A program made the translations under genes and the position numbers. This document shows positions 1-12,499 of a stretch of 64,000 bases of DNA, in pieces (the stretch's first letter is position 1; the number at the start of each line of letters is the position of its first letter). The DNA lies in NCBI GenBank assembly GCA_030390025.1, contig CM059443.1, forward strand, positions 38,750,001 through 38,814,000. The letters are read 5' to 3'. Source of the stretch: Squalus acanthias. Its lineage: Eukaryota. A model generated the notes under the pieces. It was not told where the DNA came from. It worked only from the letters and a program-made list of their open reading frames with translations, and ran no database searches.

Positions 1-3000
1 TTCCCGTTACACTCTCCCTGTCACACTCACTGTCACACTCTCCCCGTCACACTCACTGTCACACTCTCCCCATCACACTCACTGTCACACTCTCCCCATC
101 ACACTCACTGTCACCCTCTCCCCATCACACTCACTGTCACACTCTCCACATCACACTCACTGTCACACTCTCCCCATCACACTCACTGTCACCCTCTCCC
201 CATCACACTCACTGTCACACTCTCCACATCACACTCATTGTCACACTCTCCCCATCACACTCACTGTTACACTCTCCCCATCACACTCTCCCCATCACAC
301 TCACTGTCACACTCTCCCCGTCACAATCTCCCCATCACACTCACTGTCACACTCTTCCCTTCACACTCTCCCCGTCACACTCACTGTCACACTCTCCCCA
401 TCACACTCACTGTCACACTCTCCCTGTCACTCTCTCCCTGTCACACTCTCCCCGTCACGCTCACTGTCACACTCTTCCCATCACACTCACTGTCACACTC
501 TCCCGTCACACTCACTGTCACACTCTCCCGCATCACACTCATTGTCACACTCTCCCCATCACACTCACTGTCACACTCTCCCCATCACACTCTCCCCATC
601 ACACTCACTGTCACACTCTCCCCATCACAATCTCCCCGTCACACTCACTGTCACACTCTTCCCGTCACACTCTCCCCATCACACTCACTGTCACACTCTC
701 CCCGTCACACTCTCCCATCACACTCACTGTCACACTCTCCCCGTCACACTCTCCCTGTCATACTCACTGTCACACTCTCCCCGTCACACTCTCCCTGTCA
801 TACTCACTGTCACTCTCTCCCCATCACACTCTCTCCATCACACTCACTGTCATTTCTCCCCGTCACACTCTCCCCGTTACATTCACTGTCACACTCTCCC
901 ATCACACTTACTGTCACACTTCTCCTCGTCACACTCACCCCGTCACACTCACTGTCACACTCTCCACATCACACTCACCGTCACACTCTCCCCGTCACAC
1001 TCTCCCCATCACACTCTCCCCGTCACACTCTCCCCGTCACACGCTCCCCGTCACACGCTCCCCGTCACGCTCACTGTCACACTCCCCCCCTCACACTCTC
1101 TCCATCACACTCACTGTCATTTCTCCCTGTCACACTCTCCCCGTTACATTCACTGTCACACTCTCCCCATCACTCTCCCCCATCACTCTCCCCCGTCACA
1201 CTCTCCCCGTCACACTCTCCCCATCACACTCTCCCCATCACACTCTCCCCGTCACACTCTCCCCGTCACACTCACTGTCACACTCTCCCCGTCACACTCA
1301 CTGTCACACTCTCCCCATCACACTCACTGTCACACTCTCCACATCACACTCATTGTCACACTCTCCCCATCACACTCACTGTCACACTCTTCCCTTCACA
1401 CTCTCCCCATCACACTCACTGTCACACTCTCCCCGTCACAATCTCCCTGTCACACTCAGTGTCACACATTTCCCGCCCCATCTTCCCGTCACACTCTCCC
1501 CGTCACACTCACTGTCACACTCTCCCCATCACACTCAATGTCACACTCTCCCTGTCACACTCTCCCTGTCACACTCTCCCTGTCACACTCTCCCCATCAC
1601 ACTCTCCCCGTCACACTCTCCCCATCACACTCACTGTCACACTCTCCCCGTCACACTCTCCCCATCACACTCACTGTCACACTCTCCCATCACACTCTCC
1701 CTGTCATACTCACTGTCACACTCTCCCCGTCACACTCTCCCTGTCATACTCACTGTCACTCTCTCCCCATCACACTCTCTCCATCACACTCACTGTCATT
1801 TCTCCCCGTCACACTCTCCCCGTTACATTCACTGTCACACTCTCCCCATCACACTTACTGTCACACTTCTCCTCGTCACACTCACCCCGTCACACTCACT
1901 GTCACACTCTCCACATCACACTCACCGTCACACTCTCCCCGTCACACTCTCCCCATCACACTCACTGTCACACTCTTCCCGTCACACTCTTCCCGTCACA
2001 CTCGCCCTGTCACACTCACTGTCACACTCTACCCGTCACACTCACTGTCACACTCTCCCCATCACACTCTCTCCATCACACTCACTGTCATTTCTCCCCG
2101 TCACACTCTCCCCGTTACATTCACTGTCACACTCTCCCCATCACACTTACTGTCACACTTCTCCTCGTCACACTCTCCCCGTCACACTCACTGTCACACT
2201 CTCCACATCACACTCACCGTCACACTCTCCCCGTCACACTCTCCCCATCACACTCTCCCCATCACACTCTCCCCGTCACACTCACTGTCACACTCTCCCC
2301 GTCACACTCACTGTCACACTCTCCCCATCACACTCACTGTCACACTCTCCCCGTCACACTCACTGTCACACTCTCCACCTCACACTCATTGTCACACTCT
2401 CCCCATCACACTCACTGTCACACTCTCCCATCACACTCTCCCTGTCACACTCTCCCTGTCACACTCACTGTCACACTCTCCCCATCACACTCACTGTCAC
2501 ATTCTCCCCGTCACACTCACTGTCACACTCTCCCCATCACACTCTCCCCATCACACTCACTTTCACACTCTCCCCGTCACAATCTCCCCGTCACACTCAC
2601 TGTCACAATCTTCCCGTCACACTCTCCCTGTCACACTCACTGTCACAGTCTCCCCGTCACAATCTCCCCATCACACTCACTGTCACACTCTCCCATCACA
2701 CTCTCACCGTCCCACTCACTGTCACAGTCTCTCCGTCACATTTACTGTCACAGTCTCCCCGTCACACTTACTGTCACACGCTCCCCATCATACTCTCCCC
2801 GTCACACTCACTATCACACTCTCCCCATCACACTCACTGTCACACTCTCCCCATCACACTCTCCCCATCACACTCGCTGTCACACTCTCCCCATCACACT
2901 CACTGCCACAATCTCCCCATCACACTCTCTCTGTCATACTCTCCCCGTCACACTCACTGTCACACTCACTGTCACACTCTCCCCGTCACACTCTCCCCAT

Positions 3001-4335
3001 CACACTCTCCCCGTCACACTCCCTGTCACACTCTCTCCGTCACACTCCCTGTCATGCTCACTGTCACACTCACTGTCACACCCTCCCCATCACACTCTCC
3101 CCGTCACACTCTCCCGTTACACTCTCCCCATCACACTCTCCCCGTCACACTCTCTGTCACACCCTCTCCGTCACACTCTCTCCATCACACTCTCACTGTC
3201 ACACTCTCCCTGTCACACTCTCCCTGTCACACTCTCCGCATCACACTCTCCCCGTCACACTCACTGTCACACTCTTCCCGTCACACTCTTCCCGTCACAC
3301 TCTCCCCGTCACACTCACTGTCACACTCTTCCCGTCACACTCTTCCCGTCACACTCTCCCTGTCACACTCACTGTCACACTCTCCCCATCACACTCACTG
3401 TCACACTCTCCCCCTCAACACTCACTGTCACACTCCTCCCATCACACCACTGTCACACTCTCCCCATCACACTCTCCCCATCACACTCACTGTCACACTC
3501 TCCCCGTCACAATCTCCCCGTCACACTCACTGTCACACTCTTCCCATCACACTCTCCCTGTCACACTCACTGTCACAGTCTCCCCGTCACAATCTCCCCA
3601 TCACACTCACTGTCACACTCTCCCCATCACACTCTCCCCGTCACACTCACTGTCACACTCTCCCCGTCACACTCACTGTCACACTCTCCCCGTCACAATC
3701 TCCCCGTCACACTCACTGTCACACTCTTCCCGTCAAACTCTCCCTGTCACACTCTCTGTCACACTCTCCCCGTCACACTCACTGTCACACTCTCCCCATC
3801 ACACTCACTGTCACACTCTCCCCATCACACTCACTGTCACACTCTCCCCATCACACTCTCCCCATCACACTCACTGTCACAGTCTCCCCGTCACAATCTC
3901 CCCATCACACTCACTGTCACACTCTCCCATCACACTCTCACCGTCCCACTCACTGTCACAGTCTCTCCGTCACATTTACTGTCACAGTCTCCCCGTCACA
4001 CTTACTGTCACACGCTCCCCATCATACTCTCCCCTTCACACTCACTATCACACTCTCCCCATCACACTCGCCCCATCACACTCTCCCCATCACACTCCCT
4101 GTCACACTCTCTCCGTCACACTCCCTGTCACGCTCACTGTCACACTCACTGTCACACCCTCCCCATCACACTCTCCCCGTCACACTCTCCCCATCACACT
4201 CTCCCCATCACACTCTCCCCGTCACACTCTCTGTCACACTCTCTCCGTCACACTCTCCCCATCACATTCACTGTCACGCTATCTCCATCACACTCTCCCC
4301 CATCACACTCACTGTCACAGCCCCCCCGTCACACA
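1..4335. repeat. Complex minisatellite built from interspersed 12-bp (TCACACTCACTG) and 14-bp (TCACACTCTCCCC[A/G]) units
   Basis: Units are directly visible. The three overlapping His/Ser/Thr/Pro ORFs of 1000-1400 aa result from a stop-poor C-rich strand. Confidence 0.97.
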
Positions 4336-4716
4336 TCCCCGTTATACGTCCTGCCCGTTACATGCCATTATGCAAAAATTTTGTTTCTAACATCAGAGAG
4401 AGACAGACAGACACGGATAGAGACACAGATAGAAGCAGAGAGGCAGGCAGTGAGAGAGAGAGAGACAGTCAGCGTAGCAGAATCACAGGAACAGAGACAG
4501 ACAGGGCATAGAGTGAGAGAGGCAGAATGAGAAGGAGAGAAATATGCAGAAACAGAGAAAGAGGTAGAGAGACACAGAAAGACAGATATGGAGAGAGAGG
4601 AACAGACAGAGAGAATGGAACGGAGAGCAATAAAGACAACAGCACTCTGATTCTAGAGACACAGAGGTGTATAAATGTGATGCGCTCACACTTTCAAAAG
4701 CTTGTCTTCCTTTCAG

Positions 4717-5019
4717 CATTCCCACACAGTCCCAAAGTGGAATTGCAGTCGGTCAATCCAGTGGTTGGGCAAACAGTGAGCCTGGAGTGTTCAGCACGAG
4801 ACCTTTACCCCTGCCACAGCATCAAGGTTTTTTGGTATCACAACCTTGATCTTCTCGAGGACCAGGAAGAACCAACGATTTGGAACCATGACTCTACATG
4901 TACCGTAGCCTCTCAACTAAACTACAAGACAAAGATCACGAACAAAGACCTCACATTCACCTGTGGCATTGATCTCGGCCTGACCGGGAAGAACACTTCA
5001 CTGGAGATACATCTTAACA
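4717..5019 (+). CDS. VCAM-1/ICAM-like Ig-superfamily gene, internal exon encoding a VCAM domain-2-like Ig domain
   Basis: Acceptor cttcctttcag| and donor |gtgagt, phase 1/1, 303 nt. Encodes FPHSPKVELQSVNPVVGQTVSLECSARDLYP...WY...LTFTCGIDL, resembling VCAM-1 D2 (FPKDP...CSVADVYP). Confidence 0.82.
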
Positions 5020-5077
5020 GTGAGTCACTCTGGACTGGCCCTTCCATGGGCCCACCTTTGGGTGCTAAGTTCCAAAA

Positions 5078-5312
5078 CTAGGGGCCATAAAAACAAGATA
5101 GTTACTAATAAATCCAGTAGAGAAATAAGGAGAAATTTCTTTCGAAATGCTTTCAAAAGGAAACTAGACGAGTACATGAGAGAGAAGGGGATAGAAAGAT
5201 ACGCTGAAAGGCTGAGTTGGAATGGGAGGAGACTCGTGTGGAGTCTAAACACCAGCACAGACCAGTTGGGCCGAATGGCCTGTTTCTGTGCCGTATATTC
5301 TATGTAATTCTA
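5078..5312 (+). mobile_element. CR1 LINE 3' fragment
   Basis: Encodes TRGH...FKRKLDEYM, followed by the CR1 3'UTR motif gggccgaatggcctgtttctgtg. Confidence 0.8.
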
Positions 5313-5833
5313 AGTCTCTAGTTTGAGATGTTTAAAAGATTTGATAGGGTATTGTGTTCACTTCAAAAAGTACCTCATTGGCTTTGGGACGTCCTGAGGT
5401 CGTGAAAGGCGCTATAGAAATGCAAGTCTTTCTTTTTAGATTTAACATCACCCTTAGCCTTAGATGTCAGACTTTGGGCAAATGTTAACTCTGGACAGGA
5501 ATTGAGATGTGCGGGGGGGCCGAAGCAGGTGGTGGAGGCTCCTGGGACTGGCTGGAGGGCGAGCACTGGGAAATTGAAACCCCCGGGCCTCATTAGCATT
5601 TCCCATCAGTAATTCCCCATTCGGGAAAGAGGCCAACACTGACACGCGGGCATCGGAATCCGTGGGGTTCAGGTCACCACCGAGGACCCTTGGAAACAGA
5701 CCCCAGCAAGACAAGTGAGGAATGGGGGTGCAAGGGGCTGGGCTGGGGGCGGGGGGTCAGAAAGTCAGTGATCGAGGAAGGGGGATGTCTGGGGCAGGAG
5801 GAACAGGAATACCTCAACAACTTGCATTTATTG

Positions 5834-6175
5834 GATGGTGAGACTCCCTCTGTAAAAGGGGTCCCTGATGGAGAGACTCCCTCTTTAAAAGGGGTCCCTG
5901 ATGGAGAGACTCCCTCTTTAAAAGGGGTCCCTGATGGTGAGACTCCCTCTGTAAAAGGGGTCCCTGATGGTGAGACTCCCTCTTTAAAAGGGGTCCCTGA
6001 TGAAGAGACTCCCTCTGTAAAAGGGGTCCCTGATGGTGAGACTCCCTCTGTAAAAGGGGTCCCTGATGGTGAGACTCCCTCTTTAAAAGGGGTCCCTGAT
6101 GGTGAGACTCCCTCTTTAAAAGGGGTCCCTGATGGAGAGACTCCCTCTTTAAAAGGGGTCCCAATAGTGAGATGA
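5834..6175. repeat. Intronic 33-bp minisatellite (GATGGTGAGACTCCCTCTGTAAAAGGGGTCCCT), about 10 copies
   Basis: Directly visible tandem copies. Confidence 0.95.
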
Positions 6176-6344
6176 CTATAAAGGTGTTGTGAATGAGATC
6201 CTACACCTGCCCATTTCTACAGGTCTCCAGCCACTTCCCTTTGATATTCAGCTCCTCTGAGAACTTGTCTTGTTTTTTTTTTACATTTTTGTCGTGTCTC
6301 TTTGAATATTCTCCCCGGTGAAATAGTCTCTTTGTGAAATGCAG

Positions 6345-6626
6345 CTGGACTGTACAACATCCGGATAGAGCCAACACAGGCCGTGGGTCAAGCAGGAGAT
6401 CCGCTGTCCATGTCCTGCAGTGCAGACGGTACCCCTGTACCCACAATCACCTGGAGGAAGTCCGGCCGGGGCACCGGGACCCCCGCCCATTGGAGCATCA
6501 CCCATGAAAACGGCAGTTCAACGCTGAATATCAATCAGCTGCAACCCCAGGATGGCGGAGTTTACATCTGTGAAATCAGCAGCGGTGGAAACAGCACCAA
6601 CCGTCAGAGTACAGTCGAAGTTTGGT
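6345..6626 (+). CDS. VCAM-1-like gene, I-set Ig exon
   Basis: Acceptor aatgcag| and donor |gtgagc, phase 1/1, 282 nt. Encodes GDPLSMSCSADGTPVPTITW...STLNINQLQPQDGGVYICE, with canonical B-strand Cys, C-strand Trp and DxGxYxC. Confidence 0.88.
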
Positions 6627-7301
6627 GTGAGCATCTCTGCCTTTTTAGAAAATATTTAATTAAAGCAGACAGCACAGGAGGAGGCCATTTGGCCCATCGT
6701 GCCTGTGCCGGCTCTCTGAAAGAGCTCTCCAATTAGTCCTCTTTCCCTGCAAATCTTTTCCTTTTCAAGTAGATATCCAATTCCCTTTTGAAAGATCCGT
6801 TTGCGGGAGACGCTAGCGCACTTCCAGCGCACAATGAGGGCAGGCCGCACGCCATATTGGACCCTTCGGCACTCCTTAAACGGGGCCCCAGGGATTGGGG
6901 CAGATCAGACATGCCTGCCACAAAATGGCGGACCTGGGTCGAAGGGCCAAATGGCCAACTCCTGTTCATGTGTTCCTGTAGGATTGCTGGATCTAGAGGA
7001 TCCCTTTATAGCCAATTTAACAACCAAACCCAGCCTTAAAGTGGCCTCACAGGGCCGAAAAATATTAGAGGGGACGTTGTTGGCAATCCGAGCCCACGTA
7101 CTGAGAATTGACATTTCAGTTTTACAGGCGGTTTTCAGACACCCTCGATAAAAGGTTGAGTGAGAAACAAGATGAGGAGAGTCGGGAGCCAGTGTGGGTC
7201 AGCGAGCACAGGGGGCGATGGGTGAACGGGACTCGGTGCGAGTTAGGACACGGGGCAGCAGAGTTTTTGGATGAGCTGAAGTTTGCTTCCTGATTTTCCA
7301 G

Positions 7302-7574
7302 ACGGTCCCCGGAACGTTTCTATAGACGGTGCGGGCAGCGGCAGGGAGAGCGAGGCGCTGACATTAACCTGCCGCGGAGACGCCAACCCTGAACCCAACA
7401 TCACCTGGGGGGAAACTGACCCCGGCGGGCGACGGAGGTGGAACATTGCCGGGTCACGGGGAAGGTCGGAGCTGAGAATCGATTCTCTGAGACCCGACGA
7501 CCGGGGGATTTACGAGTGTGTCGTGGAGAATAAAATGGGTGAAGTGCGGCTGGAAACTCAGGTCGATGTCGAAT
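7302..7574 (+). CDS. VCAM-1-like gene, I-set Ig exon (duplicate copy 1)
   Basis: Acceptor ttttccag| and donor |gtgagt, phase 1/1, 273 nt. Encodes GPRNVSI...LTLTCRGDANPEPNITW...LRIDSLRPDDRGIYECVVENKMG. Confidence 0.88.
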
Positions 7575-8414
7575 GTGAGTATCTCTGGTAGAAACGTCCC
7601 GAGGTCATAAAGGCGCATCATAAAGGCAGGACAGGGTGGGACAACACACAGGATAACACATGGGCTCGAGTGTGTTACAGTTCACACAATCCTGATGAAG
7701 AGTCTACACAGAATCATAGAATCTTACAGCACAGTACTCCAGTGCAGTACCGAGGGAGTGCCGCACTGTCAGAGGTGCCGTCTTTCGGATGAGACGTTAA
7801 ACCGAGGCCCCGTCTGCTCTCTCAGGTGGACGTAAAAGATCCCACGGGCACTATTTCGAGAAGAGCAGGAGATTTCTCCCCGGTGTCCTGGCCAATATTT
7901 ATCACATCGCTGTTTGTGGGAGCTTGCTGTGCACAAATTGGCTGCCGCGTTTCCCACATTACAACAGTGACTCCACTTCAAAAGTACTTCATTGGCTGTA
8001 AAGCGCTTTGGGACGTCCGGTGGTCGTGAAAGGCGCTATAGAAATGCAAGTCTTTCTTTCATTTATTCACAGAAGGAGGCCATTTGGCCCATCGTGTCTG
8101 TGCCGGCTCTTTGAAAAGAGTTCTCCAATTAGTCCCACTCCCCTGCTCTCTCCCCATAACCTTGCAAATTTCAAATATTTATCCAATTCCCTTTTGAAAG
8201 ATTCGCTTGCGGGAGACGCTAGCGCACTTCCAGCGCTGCAATGAGGGCAGGCCGCACGCCATATTGGACCCTTCGGCACTCCTTAGACGGGGCCCCAGGG
8301 ATTGGGGCAGATCAGACATGCCTGCCACAAAATGGCGGACCTTGGTCGAAGGGCCAAATGGCCAACTCCTGTTCATGTGTTCCTGTAGGATTGCTGGATC
8401 TAGAGGTTCCCTTT

Positions 8415-9949
8415 CTTCTTTTCATCTTAGGCAGTCCCTCGGAACCGAGGATGACTTGCTTCCACATTAAAAATAAGTTCTCAGGTGACTGATGAGTCCA
8501 ATGCGGGACCGACAGTCTCTGTCACAGGTGGGGCAGACGGTGGTTGAAGGGGCGGGTGGGTGGGGTGCTTGGGTTGACGTGCGCTCCTTGCGCTGTTTGC
8601 GCTTGGCTTCCGCTTGCTCCCAGCGAAGAGACACGAGGTGTTCGGCACCTTCCGGATGCTTCTCCTCCACTTTGTGCGGTCTTGGGCCAGGGATTCCCGG
8701 GTGTCGGTGGGGATGTTGCACTTTTTCAAGGAGGCTTTGAGGGTGTCCTTGAAGCGTTTCCTCTGCCCACCTGGGGCTCTCTTGCCGTGCCGGAGCTCCG
8801 AGTAGAGCGCTTGTTTTGGGAGTCTCGTATCGGGCATGCGGACGATGTGACCCGTCCATCGGAGCTGATCGAGCGTGGTCAAAGCTTCGATGCTGGGGAT
8901 GTTGGCCTGAGCGAGAACACTGACGTTGGTGTGCCTATCCTGCCAATGGATTTGCAGGATCTTGCGGAGGCAGCGTTGGTGGTACCTCCCCAGTGCATTG
9001 AGGTGCCTGCTGTACATGGTCCATGTCTCTGAGGCATACAGCAGGGTGGGTATCACTGCTGCTCTGTAGACCATGAGCTTGGTGCCGGGTTTGAGGTCCT
9101 GGTCTTCAAACACTCTCTTCCTCAGGCGACTGAAGGCTGCACCGGCACACTGAAGGCGGTGTTGGACTTCGTCATCGACGTCTGCCCTTGTTGACAGTAG
9201 GCTCCCGAGTATGGAAAGTGGTCCACATTGTCCAAGGCCTTGTCATGGATTTTGATAATCGGGGGGCAGTACTGTGTGGCGGGGGCAGGTTGGTAGAGGA
9301 CCTTTGTCTTACGGATGTTTAGTGTAAGGCCCATGCTCTCGTACGCTTCGGTGAAGGTGTTAACGATGGTTTGGAGTTCGACCTCCGAGTGTGCGCAGAC
9401 GCAAGCGTCGTCTGCATACTGTAATTCGACGACAGAGTATGGGACGACTTGGATTTGGACTGGAGGTGACGGAGGTTGAACAGTTTCCTGTTTGTTCTGT
9501 AAATTAGCTGCACTCCAGCGGGGAGTTGACTGAGGGTAAGATGGAGCATTGCTGCAAGGAAGATCGAGAAGAGCGTTGGTGCGATGACACAGCCTTGCTT
9601 GACCCCGGTCCGTACATGAATTGGGTCTGTGGTGGAACCGTTGGTCAGGATCACTGCTTGCATGTCACCGTGAAGCAGGCGGAGGATGGTGACAAACTTT
9701 TGAGCGCAACCAAATTTGAGGAGGACACTCCATAATCCCTCACGGTTGACAGTGTCGAAGGCCTTTGTGAGGTCAAAGAAGGCCAGGTACAGCGGTTGGT
9801 GCTGTTCCCTGCATTTCTCTTGTAATTGCCACGCGGTGAAGATCATGTCCATTGTGCCCCTTAGTGGGCAGAATCCGTATTGTGTCTCTGGGAGGAGCTC
9901 TTCAGCCACTGGGAGAAGGCGATTGAGGAGGATTCTTGCGATGACTTTC
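8415..9949 (-). mobile_element. 5'-truncated RTE-clade (BovB-like) LINE with 90-bp target-site duplication
   Basis: RT motifs FFDLTKAFDTV, GVKQGCVIAPTLF and TKLMVYRAAVIPTLLYASETW, frameshifted. TSD at 8325-8414 and 9950-10039. Confidence 0.92.
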
Positions 9950-10333
9950 CCACAAAATGGCAGACCTGGGTCGAAGGGCCAAATGTCCAACTCCTGTTCA
10001 TGTGTTCCTGTAGGATTGCTGGATCTCGAGGTTCCCTTTATAGCCAATTTAACAACCGAATCCAGCCTTAAAGTGGCCTCGCAGGGCCAAAAAATATTAG
10101 AGGGAACATTGTTGGCAATCCGAGCCCACGTACTGAGAATTGACATTTCAGTTTTACAGGCGGTTTTCAGACACCCTCGATAAAAGGTAGAGTGAGAAAC
10201 AAGATGAGGAGAGTCGGGAGCCAGTGTGGGTCAGCGAGCACAGGGGGTGATGGGTGAACGGGACTCGGTGCAAGTTAGGTCACGGGGCAGCAGAGTTTTT
10301 GGATGAGCTGAAGTTTGCTTCCTGATTTTCCAG

Positions 10334-10606
10334 ACGGTCCCCGGAACGTTTCTGTCGACGGTGCGGGCAGCGGCAGGGAGAGCGAGGCGCTAACGTTAAC
10401 CTGCCGCGGAGACGCCAACCCTGAACCCAACATCACCTGGGGGAAAACTGACCCCGGCGGGCGACGGAGGTGGAACATTGCCGGGTCACGGGGAAGGTTG
10501 GAGCTGAGAATCGATTCTCTGAGACCCGACGACCGGGGGATTTACGAGTGTGTCGTGGAGAATAAAATGGGTGAAGTGCGGCTGGAAACTCAGGTCGATG
10601 TCGAAT
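10334..10606 (+). CDS. VCAM-1-like gene, I-set Ig exon (duplicate copy 2)
   Basis: Near-identical to 7302-7574 (amino-acid changes I>V, E>K, S>L). Both splice sites and the frame are intact. Confidence 0.82.
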
Positions 10607-11319
10607 GTGAGTATCTCTGTTAGAAATGTCCCGAGGTCATAAAGGCGCATCATAAAGGCAGGACAGGGTGGGACAACACACAGGATAACACATGGGCTCG
10701 AGTGTGTTACAGTTCACACAATCCTGATGAAGAGTCTACACAGAATCATAGAATCTTACAGCACAGTACTCCAGTGCAGTACCGAGGGAGTGCCGCACTG
10801 TCAGAGATGCCGTCTTTCGGATGAGACATTAAACCGAGGCCCCGTCTGCTCTCTCAGGTAGATGTAAACGATCCCATGGCACTAGTTCTCCCCGGTGTCC
10901 TGGCCAATATTTATCCCTCAACCAACATCAGTAAAACAGATGATCTGGTCATTATCACATTACTGTTTGTGGGAGCTTGCTGTGCGCAAATTGGCTGCCG
11001 CGTTTCCTACATTACAACAGTGACTGCACTTCAAAAGTACTTCATTGGCTGTAAAGCGCTTTGAGACGTCCGGTGGTCGTGAAAGGCGCTATAGAAATGC
11101 AAATCTTTCTTCTTTTCACAGAAGGAGAAACCTAGCCTCTGACCTGCTCTTGTTGCCACAGTATTTATGGCAGTATTTACGTCCACCTGAGAGAGCAGAC
11201 GGGGCTTCGGTTTAACGTCTCATCCGAAAGACGGCACCTCCGACAGTGCAGCACTCCCTCAGCACTGCACTGGAGTACTGTGCGTAAAATTCTATGATTC
11301 TGCGTAGACTCTTCATCAG

Positions 11320-11962
11320 AAACTTAACTGGAGCAGCCACATAAATACTGTGGCAACAAGAGCAGGTCAGAGGCTGGGTATTCTGCGGCGAGTGTCTCGC
11401 CTCCTGACTCCCCAAAGCCTTTCCACCATCTACAAGGCACAAGTAAGGAGTGTGATGGAATACTCTCCACTTGCCTGGATGCGTGCAGCTCCAACAACAC
11501 TCAAGAAGCTCGACACCATCCAGGACAAAGCAGCCCGCTTGATTGGCACCCCATCCACCACCTTAAACATTCACTCCCTCCACCACCGGCGTACCGTGGC
11601 TGCAGTGTGTACCATCTACAAGATGCCCTGCAGCAACTCGCCAAGGCTTCTTCAGCAGCACCTCCCAAACCCGCGACCTCTTCCACCTAGAAGGACAAGG
11701 GCAGCAGGCGCATGGGAACACCACCGCCTCCAAGTTCCCCTCCAAGTCACACTCCATCCTGACTTAGAAATATATCGTCGATCCTTCATCGTCGCTGGGT
11801 CAAAATTCCTGGAACTCCCTCCCTAACAGCACTGTGGGAGCACCTTCACCACACGGACTGCAGCGGTTCAAGAAGGTGGCTCACCGCCACCTTCTCAAGG
11901 GCAATTAGGGATGGGCAATAAATGCTGGCATTGCCAGCGACGCCCACATCCCATAAACGAAT
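11320..11962 (+). mobile_element. Non-LTR retrotransposon 3' fragment (CR1/L2 group, clade uncertain)
   Basis: RT C-terminal region ATRAGQRLGILRR...IYKAQVRSVMEYS...LDTIQDKAARLI. Confidence 0.8.
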
Positions 11963-11971
11963 TAAAAAAAG

Positions 11972-12285
11972 TAGGAGGCCATTCGGCCCATCGTGCCTGT
12001 GCCGGCTCTTTGAAAGAGCTCTCCAATTAGTCCCACTCCCCCCTGCTCTTTCCCCAGAGCCCTGCACATTTCAAGTATTTCTCCAATTCCCTTTTGAAAG
12101 CTACTATTGAATCTGCTTCCACCGCCCTTTCAGGCAGCGCATTCCAGGTCACAACAACTCGCTGCTTAAAAAACATTTCTCCTCATCTCCCCTCTGGTTC
12201 TTTTGCCAATTATCTTCAATCTGTGTCCTCTGGTTACCGACCCTCCTGCCACTGGAAACAGTTTCTCCTTATTTACTCTCTCTAA
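11972..12285 (-). mobile_element. CR1 LINE 3' fragment
   Basis: Encodes EKLFPVAGGSVTRGHRLKIIGKR, plus CR1 3'UTR. Confidence 0.8.
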
Positions 12286-12320
12286 ACCTGGGACCAGTGA
12301 CTTGTGTTCTCTCTTTACAG

Positions 12321-12456
12321 GGTTGGTCTTGTTGTTCAGTTCCAGCATTTCCTGTTTCTGACACCAGGGGGGGTGCTGCTCTACACCGAACGCTCACTAA
12401 AGGCTAAAATCTCCCCAGTCGGTGACAAAAAAAGGGCAGAACCTTCCGGAAAGTGA
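12321..12456 (+). pseudogene. Possible degenerate or alternative transmembrane exon of the VCAM-like gene
   Basis: Strong acceptor ttctctctttacag|. Hydrophobic-then-basic pieces (VGLVV, VPAF, LFLTPGGVLLY..RSLKAK) are split across frames; the phase-1 frame stops after 13 codons. Confidence 0.25.
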
Positions 12457-12499
12457 GACAGCAGCGAGTGAGTGAGAAATAAATGGGGAGTGAGTGAGA

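Larger units (their letters stand above)
6678..11126 (+). repeat. Tandem segmental duplication (unit 1 about 6678-8077; unit 2 about 8078-11126 including an RTE insertion) carrying the I-set exon
   Basis: Intron, exon and SINE sequence are collinear and near-identical. Exon offset is 3032 bp. Both units end in ttcacagaaggag. Confidence 0.9.

Noticed and set aside
238-4530. 1000-1400-aa His/Ser/Pro/Thr-rich ORFs
   Set aside because: All three frames are open over a minisatellite that lacks stop codons on this strand; no coding signal.
7692-7710. CTGATGAAGAGTC hammerhead-like start (also 10724 and inverted at 11319)
   Set aside because: Truncated by a CR1 tail; no stem II 3' strand or GAAA.
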